From: an uncultured Thermoprotei archaeon
GTDB taxonomy: Archaea; Thermoproteota; Thermoprotei; Thermofilales; B15-G2
Direction of reading: 5' to 3'
Length of the DNA stretch: 64,000 nt
Assembly: GCA_965367815.1 (NCBI GenBank)
Contig: CBDUKN010000001.1
Location: forward strand, 32,001 to 96,000
Positions 29,467 to 39,166 of this stretch are shown piece by piece (position 1 is the stretch's first letter; each line of letters begins with the position of its first letter). A program made the translations under genes and the position numbers. The notes beneath the pieces were generated by a model. That model was not told the DNA's origin. It did not search any database and saw only the letters and a program-made list of their open reading frames with translations.

Positions 29467-30489
29467 GTGTGTAGTATGACGCTAAAGGTTGCTCTATCAT
29501 TGGTACTTAATGCTCATTACAGAGGATATATTTACGAAAAGATAGATGAGTTAATTGAAGTTTATAAAAGTGTATTAAGACTTATTGATAAGTATGGATT
29601 TAAGGCTACTCTCTTTATTAGTGGTGCTACTGCTGAAGCTATTGGAGGAGACGAAGAGCTGTTGAAGATAATCAAAGATGGTCTTAAGAAAGGACATATT
29701 GAAGTCTGCAATACTACTTTTAGTTATGCTATTTTAGCGAAGCTCCCGTTGAAAGAAGCTAGAGAACAAGTAAAATTGGCTAATGAGACCTTAGCTCAAG
29801 TCTTTGAAGAAGTTTCTAAGGGATTCTATCCACCTGAGTCTTTTTTCGATCCTCTTCTTCCAATGATCTTGAGAGAGCTAGATTTCTCATGGATTCTGTT
29901 AGACCCCGAAAAGTGTAGACATGAATATGGTGAGGTAATTCCTCATGTTCCTTTAGAATTCAGAGGTGTAAATGAAAGTAAGATACGTGGAGTCTTTTTA
30001 TGCAATAAATGGAGCGACTTAAAGCATTTAATGATGCTAGACGAGCTTCCTCCTCCCCCACGCTTAGTAACCGTTATGTTTTCTGAAAAAGATATATTTA
30101 CTCTAGGAGAAGCCGAGAAGAAACTTGTTTTGCTTAAAGCATTATCTGAGCGAATTGAAGCAGAGTTCGTACTTGTGTCAGAATATATTGAGGAGGTTCC
30201 TCCAGCAGAAGAGGCTGTTGTAGGAAGTCTGAATCCTCTATGGAGGCTTGAGGAACTGTGGAATGAAGCGAGGGAAAGTATTAGAATTCTAGAAAGCTTA
30301 GCTAGAACTAAGCAGAGTGTAGATGCATTTACACTACTTAATAAAGCTATTAGAAGTCTCTACTTATCTGAGACTTCGAGTACTTACTACGAGTCGAGAA
30401 ATAAAACAGGATTGCTGGAGCTATACTCATGTGAAAAAGCTTTGGAAGCAATTAGCTTGGCTAGACAAGCTCTGAAAATACTATCATAA
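29467..30489 (+). CDS. GH57-like / polysaccharide deacetylase-fold protein
   Basis: LNAH, ATLFISG, IEV...YAIL, GFYPPE (GH57 nucleophile region). Confidence 0.65.
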   Translation: MCSMTLKVALSLVLNAHYRGYIYEKIDELIEVYKSVLRLIDKYGFKATLFISGATAEAIGGDEELLKIIKDGLKKGHIEVCNTTFSYAILAKLPLKEAREQVKLANETLAQVFEEVSKGFYPPESFFDPLLPMILRELDFSWILLDPEKCRHEYGEVIPHVPLEFRGVNESKIRGVFLCNKWSDLKHLMMLDELPPPPRLVTVMFSEKDIFTLGEAEKKLVLLKALSERIEAEFVLVSEYIEEVPPAEEAVVGSLNPLWRLEELWNEARESIRILESLARTKQSVDAFTLLNKAIRSLYLSETSSTYYESRNKTGLLELYSCEKALEAISLARQALKILS

Positions 30490-30527
30490 TACTCGAAAAC
30501 AATAATAGAAATGTATATATACTCCCT

Positions 30528-30956
30528 TTGAGAGAGGCTGTGGCGATAGACAGCATGAGTGAGGGATCAGACAGTAACAGTAGTAGTATAAAGTTTAAGA
30601 AAACTCTTACACATACACAAGTAACTCCAGTATTCTTAGGAACAATTCTTCTATTGCTCACTGCAGCAATACTCTACACATCAGAGCCATTTAAAACACT
30701 CTCAGCTTTTTTCGCAACATTCATTCTAGCGGCTTTATTCTCACTTACGGGAAAAGAGAGCTATATTGCTAGAAGAGGAGGGCTCAGGAAGTACTTGATC
30801 TGGCCATGGACAATAACAATGGTAGCTGCATTGAGTTACAGAAGTTTAGCCATGTTCTTCATTCCAGCTGAAATCTATATAAAGGAATTTCTATCAGCTT
30901 TACTAGCTGGAATAGTTGCTTTAGGACTTTTAAAAACATATAAACAGCAGAGATAA
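30528..30956 (+). CDS. Hypothetical 4-TM membrane protein
   Basis: Four hydrophobic segments; start uncertain. Confidence 0.55.
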   Translation: MREAVAIDSMSEGSDSNSSSIKFKKTLTHTQVTPVFLGTILLLLTAAILYTSEPFKTLSAFFATFILAALFSLTGKESYIARRGGLRKYLIWPWTITMVAALSYRSLAMFFIPAEIYIKEFLSALLAGIVALGLLKTYKQQR

Positions 30957-31009
30957 AATTAATTTATTTGCTTTTAAACTATTTCTGATTCTGATATTTT
31001 AAGATAGTG

Positions 31010-31960
31010 TTATAGTATTGGCAATAGATCCTCTATATCTAGTACCTTATTGTAAAGCATTTTTATAAGTGACCCTATTTCCATTAAATCTAGTGCATTT
31101 TCTTTAGTGCATTCACTCATGATTGAATTTAACTGTTCCCTAATATTCATTAAGTTTTTGCGGAAGCTCTTTGGCTGAGGCTTATTAGACAAGACACTGT
31201 TGACTATTTTTTCCTGTACATCTGATAATTTTTTAGCTACAGATTCAAGCTTTAAACATATTGTTTCACTGTAGCTCTTATCTAGAAGTTTAAGAGAAGT
31301 TTTAGCTATTTCCTCTGAAATATCGGCTATTTCCTCTAAGTCTCGTGCAAGTAGCCTCATGTCCATTAACAGGAGTCTCTCTTTGCTCGAAAGAGATCCC
31401 TTAAGGAGAGAAGTTCTTATGACTCTTACTGTCAGAAAGTACAGCCTGTCTACTCTATTATCTCTCTCGATAACAGATTCTGCTAGCTTACTATCTTTTT
31501 CAAGTAAAGACTTCAGTGCATCAAGGTACATTCCTCGAGAGAGCTTGTCCATGAGTTTGAGCAGCTGAACTACACTGTAATTACTTCTAATAAAGCACTG
31601 AAGCGATATCTTGTTGCTATCTTCTTCAACTACTTCAAGACCTGTGAGAATAGAAAGCAGGGGTTTTATTTTTCCCAGTACCTCGTTTAAAGGACACATT
31701 CCTAAGGCTACTTCAATTACATCGTAGCCGTGTAGATACGCCGAAACGATCTTTCTGTTCAAGTCTTCTTTGCAGTCGACAACAAGTTTTCGAGGGACAT
31801 CACTTGTTGAAAGAGGTAAAATTTCTAGAACTCCGTCTTCTCGCAAAGAAACATCGACCAGCTCTCCGTCGCTAATGCCCCATCTGCGAATCCAGCTCTT
31901 AGGCAAAGACACGTAGTAGGAGTTTCCTATCTTAATTACCTTTCTTAAATTCTTTTCCAC
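31010..31960 (-). CDS. phoU: Archaeal phosphate uptake regulator (AbrB-type N-terminus + PhoU domains)
   Basis: RKV..IG.SY.VSLPK.W, SAYL.GYD, D..VDRLYF, LE.IAD. Confidence 0.85.
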   Translation of the reverse strand: MEKNLRKVIKIGNSYYVSLPKSWIRRWGISDGELVDVSLREDGVLEILPLSTSDVPRKLVVDCKEDLNRKIVSAYLHGYDVIEVALGMCPLNEVLGKIKPLLSILTGLEVVEEDSNKISLQCFIRSNYSVVQLLKLMDKLSRGMYLDALKSLLEKDSKLAESVIERDNRVDRLYFLTVRVIRTSLLKGSLSSKERLLLMDMRLLARDLEEIADISEEIAKTSLKLLDKSYSETICLKLESVAKKLSDVQEKIVNSVLSNKPQPKSFRKNLMNIREQLNSIMSECTKENALDLMEIGSLIKMLYNKVLDIEDLLPIL

Positions 31961-32191
31961 AAATTAAACTACTTTTATACAAGTTAAACTTAAACTTTAT
32001 TCCCTAAACATACTTGTATTTGTCGATAGAGAGGCTTCAAATTATGAGGTATGCACGCAGCGTCCTGAGTATATTGCCTTTTAGTGTGAAGTATTTTCAG
32101 AAACATCAGGTATGCAGTCTACTATATGCTATTTACTCTAGCGCTAATCTTTGATACTTATGCTAAAATACTTCGTTCAGGAAAATAAGCC

Positions 32192-33393
32192 GTGGAAGAA
32201 AAGAGCTTACTAGAAGTCTATGAGAGTAAGTCAGCCTTAAGAGGTTTCATAACTCCTCTTTTTGAAGAAGGATTTACTATAGCAAATATAGCTGCATCTA
32301 TTCTTGCTGGCGCTGAATGTGATGTGTCTTTACCCCCGCTTTCTGGTGAAGTACTAGAGCCTGAAGTGTTTAATAAAAATAAAATAGCATTAATTATAGT
32401 AGATTCCCTTAGATATGATTATGCAGTAAAATATTCAAGTAAAATACCTCGCATAGAAGTTAGATCCATTCTATCTACAGCGCCTTCAACAACAGTCACT
32501 GCTCTAACAAGTATATCTTATGCTTCATCACCTTTTCTACACGCTATGCTAGGCTATAAAATGTTTTTAAAAGAGTACGGTGGAGTAGTAAGAATACTTG
32601 ACTTTACTTCAGCGGCTGTTTCTCAAAAAGAGTCTCTTAAAGACTCACTTGTAGATCTTTCAAAATTAGTAGACGAAAAAACAATTTTTGAGAAACTCTC
32701 TGAGAAAATTATAAAACATTCTTTCTAGTAAGAAAAGGACTCTGCGATACGAGTTTTACGAGGTTGCTGTCTAAAGGTGCCATTTGTCAAGAATATTTCA
32801 CTTTACCTCAAATGTTTGTTAAAATAGCTAAGCTCCTAAGAGACCACGAAAAAGTGTTTATTTACGCATATTATGGGGCTCTAGACGCTATTAGCCACGA
32901 AAACGGTCCTTTCTCAGAGGAATACAGAAGAGAAGCAGAAAACGTCTTTTATTGGATAAAAGTATTCATAGAAGAATTGGCGCCAGAAAAAGACTATACA
33001 TTGCTAATTACGGCTGACCATGGGCAGATATCGATTTCAGAGCATCATATAATTGATATTCGCGCGCTGAATCTATATAAAGAGCTTAAAGTGCCTCCTT
33101 TCGGCGAAAGCCGCTTCACATACTTTATTGCTGAAAAAGAGTTTCTGTTCGAAGGCCTAGAGAATATAGCTGAAGTATACACTATAAAGGAGCTTGCAGA
33201 GAAAAAAGTATTTGGAGAAAAGTTCTCCGAGAAATTCTGGGAAAGAGCAGGGACTTATGTTGCTTTAGCTCTCGAAGACTATTGTCTAGTACATCCTTTT
33301 ACTAAAAAGGACTTGGAGTTTAAGCCAAAAGGACACCACGGGGGATTAAGTAAAGAAGAAATGATAGTACCATTAATGAGTCTAGTAGCTTAA
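32192..33393 (+). pseudogene. Alkaline phosphatase-superfamily phosphodiesterase/nucleotide pyrophosphatase, one frameshift near 32713
   Basis: VDSL, PSTTVTALTS, LDAISH..GP, TADHG, GHHGG; halves in different frames joined at ATAAAAC. Confidence 0.75.
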
Positions 33394-34383
33394 AGGCAGT
33401 TTAACTGGCTCTCCTTTCTTATGCGACTCGTAGGCAGCGAGAGCAATTTCTAGTGCTTGGCGTCCATCCCAGCCGCTAGCTTTGGGTTCTTTGTCTTCTT
33501 CTATGCACTTAATGAAGTCTTTTATCATTTCTTTGTCACAGTCGGGGCCGAAGTAAATCCACTTCAGTGTTTCGCCTTTAGAAGCCAAAGTTATACATGA
33601 ACGGAAAGCATCTACGAGAATGTATCCTTCTGTACCGAATATGCCTAAGTAGACGTCACCCCATATAGGCCAGTTGTCAGGTCTGCTCCAGCTGCAGTCA
33701 ATGCTTCCGAGAACACCTTTTCTGAACTTCAGTAGAATGAGAGCATTATCTTCTGAGAGTAGTTCGGGCCTAATGTTTACTCCTATTTTAGCATAAACTG
33801 TATCAACTTCATCTCCAGTATACCAGCGCATGAGGTCAGCTGTATGTACAGTGTGATCCATTACTGCTCCGCCGCCAGCAAGCTTAGGGTCAGCGAACCA
33901 GAGTCCAGGGTATTTGCCGTGGTTAGTAGTAGTTATAGCCAGTATTTCGCCTATTTCGCCTCTATCAATTAGTCTCTTAACTTCAACTGTTGTCTCGTGG
34001 TAGCGCATAACGAAGGCTGTCTGAAGCTTAACTCCATGCTTTCTAGCTGCTTCAATCATTTCGTCGGCATCCTTCAGTGTTGTAGCGAGAGGCTTTTCAC
34101 ATATAATGTGTTTTCCGTGTTCGGCTGCCGCGATGACTAAGTCGTGGTGCTTAGCATTTTCTGAAGCAACTATTACTGCATCTATATTTTCTTTCTCTAA
34201 GAGCTTATAGTAGTCACTATACTTTTTATCAACCTTATATGTTTCGGCAGCTTTCGCTAATCTATCAGGGTCGTCATCATATATGGCGGCTAGCTCTGCA
34301 TTAGGTAGTTCTTTAAGTACCCTGGCGTAGCTCCAAGCATGAATATGTGCAAAAGACAATATAGCGAACTTATGCACTTTCAT
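33382..34383 (-). CDS. Gfo/Idh/MocA family oxidoreductase
   Basis: H..CEKP, GGGAVMDHTVH. Confidence 0.9.
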   Translation of the reverse strand: MKVHKFAILSFAHIHAWSYARVLKELPNAELAAIYDDDPDRLAKAAETYKVDKKYSDYYKLLEKENIDAVIVASENAKHHDLVIAAAEHGKHIICEKPLATTLKDADEMIEAARKHGVKLQTAFVMRYHETTVEVKRLIDRGEIGEILAITTTNHGKYPGLWFADPKLAGGGAVMDHTVHTADLMRWYTGDEVDTVYAKIGVNIRPELLSEDNALILLKFRKGVLGSIDCSWSRPDNWPIWGDVYLGIFGTEGYILVDAFRSCITLASKGETLKWIYFGPDCDKEMIKDFIKCIEEDKEPKASGWDGRQALEIALAAYESHKKGEPVKLPLSY

Positions 34384-35390
34384 GGTATCACCTCTTCAGA
34401 TAGAGGGAGTTTGACAGGTTTACCTTCTTTCAAAGACTTTAAAGCAGCTAAAACTACTTCAAGAGTCTTTTTGGCTTCTTCGCCTGACACTAGAGGCTCT
34501 TTATCTTCTTTAACACATTCAATGAAGTGTTTTAACTCAAGGAAGTAGGCATCTTCGGTCTGAGGAATAAAGTCTACACACGAGTTTTTCTTGAATACTT
34601 TAAGTGAAGCTGTATAATGGTTGTCTACTGTAAGAAGTCCCTCTGTTCCAGCGATCTCAAAATATGTTGTGAATGGAAAGCCTTCAGGCATAATCCAGCT
34701 TCCTTCGACATAAGCAATTGCACCCGACTTGAACTTAAGTAGCGCGTGAACATAGTCTGGGGCAGTAGAGTCCTTATATAGAAGAACTCCTCCCTGCGCG
34801 TAAATCTCTTCTACTTCTCCTAAAAGCCAGCGCAGGAAATCAACGTCGTGTATGCTCATGTCAACAAACACTCCTCCACCTAATTCGAGTTTCTTGTGCC
34901 ATGGAGCCCACATAGGAAAACTGGACTGCCTATAGGCTCTCGCTATTCTAGGCTCACCTATAGCACCTGATTCAACAAGCTCTTTTACTCTAACATACTC
35001 GGGCCAGAATCTAAGACAGTGAGCTACCATAAACTTTAAGCCCTTTTTCTTAGCAGTATTAATCATTTCATCTGCATCCTTCAGCCTCAAGGCAATAGGT
35101 TTCTCGCATACAACATGTTTGCTGGACTTCAGTGCTGCGACAGCAATCTCGCAGTGAGTATATGTTGGAGTACATATATCAACTACATCAATATCCTTCA
35201 TCTCAATGACTTTAGTGTAGTCAGTGTACCATTTATCTACCTTAAAGGTTTCAGCAGCTTTACGTGCTCTCTCCTCAATAATGTCGACGACAGCCGCGAC
35301 CTCAACATCTTTTATCTGCTTAAGCGAAGGAAGATGTTCTGCATTCGCTATAAAACCACAGCCAATCACGGCTACTCTGATTTTACTCAT
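34380..35390 (-). CDS. Gfo/Idh/MocA family oxidoreductase (start likely ATG 35390)
   Basis: GCGFIA, CEKP, GGGVFVDMSIHD. Confidence 0.9.
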   Translation of the reverse strand: MSKIRVAVIGCGFIANAEHLPSLKQIKDVEVAAVVDIIEERARKAAETFKVDKWYTDYTKVIEMKDIDVVDICTPTYTHCEIAVAALKSSKHVVCEKPIALRLKDADEMINTAKKKGLKFMVAHCLRFWPEYVRVKELVESGAIGEPRIARAYRQSSFPMWAPWHKKLELGGGVFVDMSIHDVDFLRWLLGEVEEIYAQGGVLLYKDSTAPDYVHALLKFKSGAIAYVEGSWIMPEGFPFTTYFEIAGTEGLLTVDNHYTASLKVFKKNSCVDFIPQTEDAYFLELKHFIECVKEDKEPLVSGEEAKKTLEVVLAALKSLKEGKPVKLPLSEEVIP

Positions 35391-35619
35391 TCTCTCTATA
35401 GAAAAATCAGCATTAAGTAAAATAAAACTTATCACATTATAAGAGAAAGCACACAAGCCTATCTTTAATCAATGTCTTCCCAACTAAGACAAATTAAAGC
35501 TAAATATTTGTCAATACTGCTATCCTCTTATTTAGTACTTTCGCTAAAATATAATAGGCGTCTAAAGAGTAGAGTAAGACAATACTACAGCAGCAAACGC
35601 GATACAAATCTAAAAAACA

Positions 35620-35668
35620 TCAGTCGGTTTGGTGCTCTTCACAAATCCGTTCGTCGCAGGGTCATCAT
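35620..35668 (-). ncRNA. C/D box guide sRNA
   Basis: Minus strand: AUGAUGA (C) CCCUGCGACGAA CGGA (D') UUU GUGAAGA (C') GCACCAAACCGA CUGA (D), then a T-run; BRE/TATA-like GAAAAATTAATTAT upstream. Confidence 0.85.
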
Positions 35669-35867
35669 CTAGTAGTCTAAATCTAAATCGAGGATAATTA
35701 ATTTTTCAGCAAGTTCTGTCATAGTGTTCTAGGCAGAAGACAATATAGCTAAAGGCTGCAGTCCAATACACTAAAGACTAGGTAAGTTCTCTGAATGAAA
35801 AATACATTTGCCTAATATACTAATACAATGGTCAAATCAACTTAGATAATACGTAAAAATGCCCGTA

Positions 35868-35881
35868 GAAAGCTATATATA
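35868..35881 (+). promoter_or_regulatory. BRE-TATA promoter of the structured RNA
   Basis: GAAAGC-TATATATA at -30 to -23 relative to G35904. Confidence 0.7.
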
Positions 35882-35903
35882 TTTTGGAAACAAGTATAAT
35901 AAC

Positions 35904-36054
35904 GCCGGGCGCGGGAGCACGCCCCGCCTAAACCCACTAAGTCCCGCGGCTCCGGTACCACGCCGAGACCCCTCCCTTCGGGGAGGAGTCCCGGCAAGGT
36001 ACCGAAGCACGCAGGGACTCAGTGGGGAACGGTGGGGCTTAAACCGCGCCCGGC
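35904..36054 (+). ncRNA. Unidentified 151-nt rod-like structured RNA
   Basis: 108/151 G+C; 11-bp terminal stem, near-continuous nested helices, C(UUCG)G apex; promoter upstream, T6 downstream. Confidence 0.75.
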
Positions 36055-36060
36055 TTTTTT
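36055..36060 (+). terminator. Oligo-T terminator directly after the RNA terminal stem
   Basis: TTTTTT immediately 3' of CCGCGCCCGGC. Confidence 0.6.
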
Positions 36061-36070
36061 ATTAACGGAA

Positions 36071-36721
36071 TTAAAGTTCAGAAGAGAATATGTTTTTGAC
36101 ATATTTGCAATAATAACTAACAGCGTCTACTTCTATTATCTTTAATTCATCTACGTTAATTATGTAAATGTAGTCTATTTTTGCTTTTATTAGTTCGTCA
36201 AGCGATATAGGTGGAGACTTATAGTAATTATCTAGTAGCATTTTTATTTTCTTTAATTCTTCTACATTTCTCTGCGAACTAGGTAAAGTGAATTCATAGG
36301 GTATTTGAAGAATATGATAAGGTGGAGTTGCTAGAATGAATATGTCTGCATATTTACTGTACCTAGCTATTTTGCTTATTTCGCGTGCGCGCCTATAGTT
36401 AACTGGGTCTACCGAATTAGATGGAGGTACAAATCCCGTTTCTATTTCAACAATATATTTGAGGCCGTCTTTTTCGGCGTAAATATCGCAAACAAGGCTT
36501 TCTTCAAGCTCCTTTTCGACTTCAACATTCATTCCTTTGTTCAAGAGATATTTAGCTATAATAAACTCCATAACTGAATGATTCGATTTAACGAAGCCTT
36601 TCATCCACATTTCAACGAGCTTAGTTTTGATTTCTTCAAGTTTCTCGACTACTTTATGGTCAAGCTGACCATCGAGTTTAGTCATTATTAAGTCAAGGTC
36701 GTCGGCTAAGGTCTTAGGCAT
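36071..36721 (-). CDS. Conserved archaeal hypothetical protein with PD-(D/E)XK-like motif
   Basis: VEVEK...CDIYA...IVEIETGF.PP...SKIARYS; I recall similar uncharacterised Cren-/Thaumarchaeal proteins. Confidence 0.7.
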   Translation of the reverse strand: MPKTLADDLDLIMTKLDGQLDHKVVEKLEEIKTKLVEMWMKGFVKSNHSVMEFIIAKYLLNKGMNVEVEKELEESLVCDIYAEKDGLKYIVEIETGFVPPSNSVDPVNYRRAREISKIARYSKYADIFILATPPYHILQIPYEFTLPSSQRNVEELKKIKMLLDNYYKSPPISLDELIKAKIDYIYIINVDELKIIEVDAVSYYCKYVKNIFSSEL

Positions 36722-36999
36722 TCAGAAGGAACTAAGTCTTATTTAAAGAAAAATGTATCAGATAAAATACGAATCCCACATAGTTCGACAGTTGTAGAAA
36801 CTCGAGAATTCATGGGCGAGAACCACTGTCCTCACCTAGCTTCGCAGAGGAGAACATTAGACGAGCTATAGAGATTATTGAATTTAAAATTTGGTACTAA
36901 AGGCTTCTAGCTTTAGTCTCAAGTCTATGTAGCTACTCACAAATGTTTAGCAGACATTATGAAAACTTATTAACTGCTAGCTAGTACAATTACAGGAAA

Positions 37000-37599
37000 A
37001 TGCAGACAGAGACTCTAGTGAGCTTAATCAGCATAATTGTTACCATTATAGGGTCAACAGCATCAATAGCCTACTGGCTAGGCAAAAAATTTGCTGAAAT
37101 AGATAAAAAGTTTTTTGATGAAATAAATAGGAAATTTGGTGAGATAGATAAGAAATTTAATGAAATAGATAAAAAGTTCAGTGAAATAGATAAGAGGTTT
37201 GCCGAGATAAATGAAGAGTTCAGTAAGGTTCATGAAGAAATAAAAGCTATTGATAGGAAAGTAGAGAGCATTACTAAAGCTACTCGAGACCAACTAGAAT
37301 TCTTCTCAGAATTCCTAGGATTCAGAGGTATCTTTACAGACAAAGACGTAGCCTTCGTTAAAAGCGAACTACAAAGACTCTCAGCTCGAGCAGTAAACCC
37401 TCTAACTAAAGAAGAATTAAAGAGAATTAGAGAGCTCATCGAAAAAGACGAGCTAACATTCGAGGAAGCAGATGAGCTCAGAGAACTAGCGAGAAAATTC
37501 GTCGACGAATACTGGCACATACCAGGTGCACACAAACTACTCATATATGCATCAATAATGAGAGGAATAGCCATGAGAAAACAGAAAACAACCAAGTAG
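37000..37599 (+). CDS. Membrane-anchored coiled-coil heptad-repeat protein
   Basis: N-terminal TM, (K/R)(K/R)F.EI(D/N) repeats, NPLTKEE helical C-domain. Confidence 0.75.
   Translation: MQTETLVSLISIIVTIIGSTASIAYWLGKKFAEIDKKFFDEINRKFGEIDKKFNEIDKKFSEIDKRFAEINEEFSKVHEEIKAIDRKVESITKATRDQLEFFSEFLGFRGIFTDKDVAFVKSELQRLSARAVNPLTKEELKRIRELIEKDELTFEEADELRELARKFVDEYWHIPGAHKLLIYASIMRGIAMRKQKTTK
37084..37212 (+). repeat. Six imperfect 21-bp tandem repeats (one unit 24 bp)
   Basis: Units of the form AARARRTTY.NNGARATARAT encoding KKFAEID etc. Confidence 0.8.
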
Positions 37600-37800
37600 C
37601 TCTAATCACCTGCTCTTTTACGAACATAAGCACACTCCTATCGCTTTAATCTCCTTTAAACAGTCTCTGTAACAAAAATGCTTGAAACCAAGAATATCTT
37701 AAATTTACTGAAGTGAACAGTTCTGAAACTCAACTCGACTACACAGCTTTACTTACTTAACCACAAATATATACTATTTAAACTTGTTATTAACATAGTT

Positions 37801-39166
37801 ATGAGCTCAGAGTGGACCAAGCTAACTGTAGAGGATCTGGGACCCATATCCCATGCAGAAATCACAATTAGGCCGGTAACAGTTATAATAGGCAAAACTG
37901 TTTCGGAAAATCGCTTCTAATAAATCTAGCATACTTACTCTCCGATACACTACCCGATCTCTCCCAATTAAGAAGAGAAGTCGGCCAAGAGGCCGATAGA
38001 CTTGCTGAACAGGCTTACAGCGCAATTAAGGCAGAGAATGCTCATGAATTAGCTAAAGCTCTTTCCAAAATGCTCTACGTTTACTTTAGAAAACTCGACC
38101 CCGCTATAAAGGAGAATCTCACTAGTCGATTTAAAGAGTTTTTCAATGTTAGAGAAATAGCCGATCTATTTAGAGGACATATAATAGTCAAGAATTCTCC
38201 TCTCTCATACTTTATTAAAGCAGAGAAAAGTAAGCTTGCAGTAAAGTTCAGCGGATACGAGGAGCTTGAAGTATATGTGAAAAATATTGAGCAAGAGCGT
38301 TTAGAGACTTTTCTCCTAGACGTAGGATTACGATGCGAGAAAAGCGGTGAAGAGCTTAGGTCTTTTCCCTATAGAGTCGAGGATCCAGCAGATATTCATT
38401 CACTAGTTGGTGTACACTTACTTCCCTATGCATTACTTTATTTATATCCACTTAGCTTTGGAGTCAGTAAACCGTTCCTCCTTACCGATAGTAGAGCTGG
38501 AATTCTGAGGCTAGCCAGAACCGCTGTAGCAACTACACTTGAATATGGTCGGCTACTTGTGCCAGCTAGAGAATCTGCTTTTTTAGCAGCTTATAACAGA
38601 TTAGCAGTAAGGTTCAGAGAGAAAGGACCTTTAAAAGAACTTGAAAAACCATTCAAGAAGTTTCTAGCTGAAATAGGATTAAAGAACATCGAGGTCAGAC
38701 TAATAGGCGGGTACCCCGAAATATACGTTGAAGATATATGGGGTAAGAAGCTTCCACTAGAGGAGTGCCCAGGCGGAGTCAGAGAATCTTTGTCTGCTGC
38801 ACTAGCCCTTGTTACAGAAGATAAAGGCTTAGAAGCACTTTTCATTGAGGAAATAGAGTCTCATATACATCCTAGGGCATAAAATTACTTGATAGAGCTT
38901 GCTTGGAAAGCGGTGTTGAGTAGAATGAATAAAAAATTGATGTTTCTCATAATGACTACTCATAACCCTATAGCCTTGTCGAAGCTCAATAACTTGATAC
39001 TGAAAACTGGTGAAAAAGGTTATGATCTAGTAACTATAGTTCACTTGAGAGAAGTCAACGGTGCTGTAGAGTCAGAGGAGCTGGAAGTAAGCGAGAAAGG
39101 GTTTGATGAAAGCGGCTAAGTGAGATATTTGTGGAGCTTTTAGAGGAGAGAGGCGAACTAGTGTGA
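37801..39166 (+). pseudogene. ABC/AAA-type ATPase (AAA_15/AAA_21-like), multiply disrupted
   Basis: LGPISHAEI.I.P.TVIIGK / CFGKS broken Walker A; signature-like PGGVRE, FIEEIESHIHP, TTHNP; in-frame TAA 38880 and frameshifts. Confidence 0.75.

Noticed and set aside
32030-32120. Possible C/D sRNA between phoU and the phosphodiesterase
   Set aside because: A CTGA is present but there is no convincing box C/C' at the right spacing
35904-35957. Resemblance of GCCGGGCGCGG...CACGCC...AGUCCC to the 7SL/Alu 5' end
   Set aside because: No UGUNR motif or S domain, and the 5' segment is tied up in the perfect terminal stem; likely GC-rich coincidence
35904-36054. Identity as RNase P RNA (11-bp P1-like stem, GGGGCUUA before the 3' stem, GAGGAGUCC and AAGUCC motifs)
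   Set aside because: No intact GAGGAAnnUCC, no ACAGAA, no P2/P3 arrangement, and shorter than type T RNAs; still worth a cmsearch
35859-36065. 68-aa ORF over the GC-rich element
   Set aside because: Pro/Arg/Gly-rich artefact of a self-complementary GC-rich RNA; its start lies upstream of the TATA box
37084-37212. Tandem repeats as CRISPR/TIGR-type array
   Set aside because: In-frame coding heptads without unique spacers
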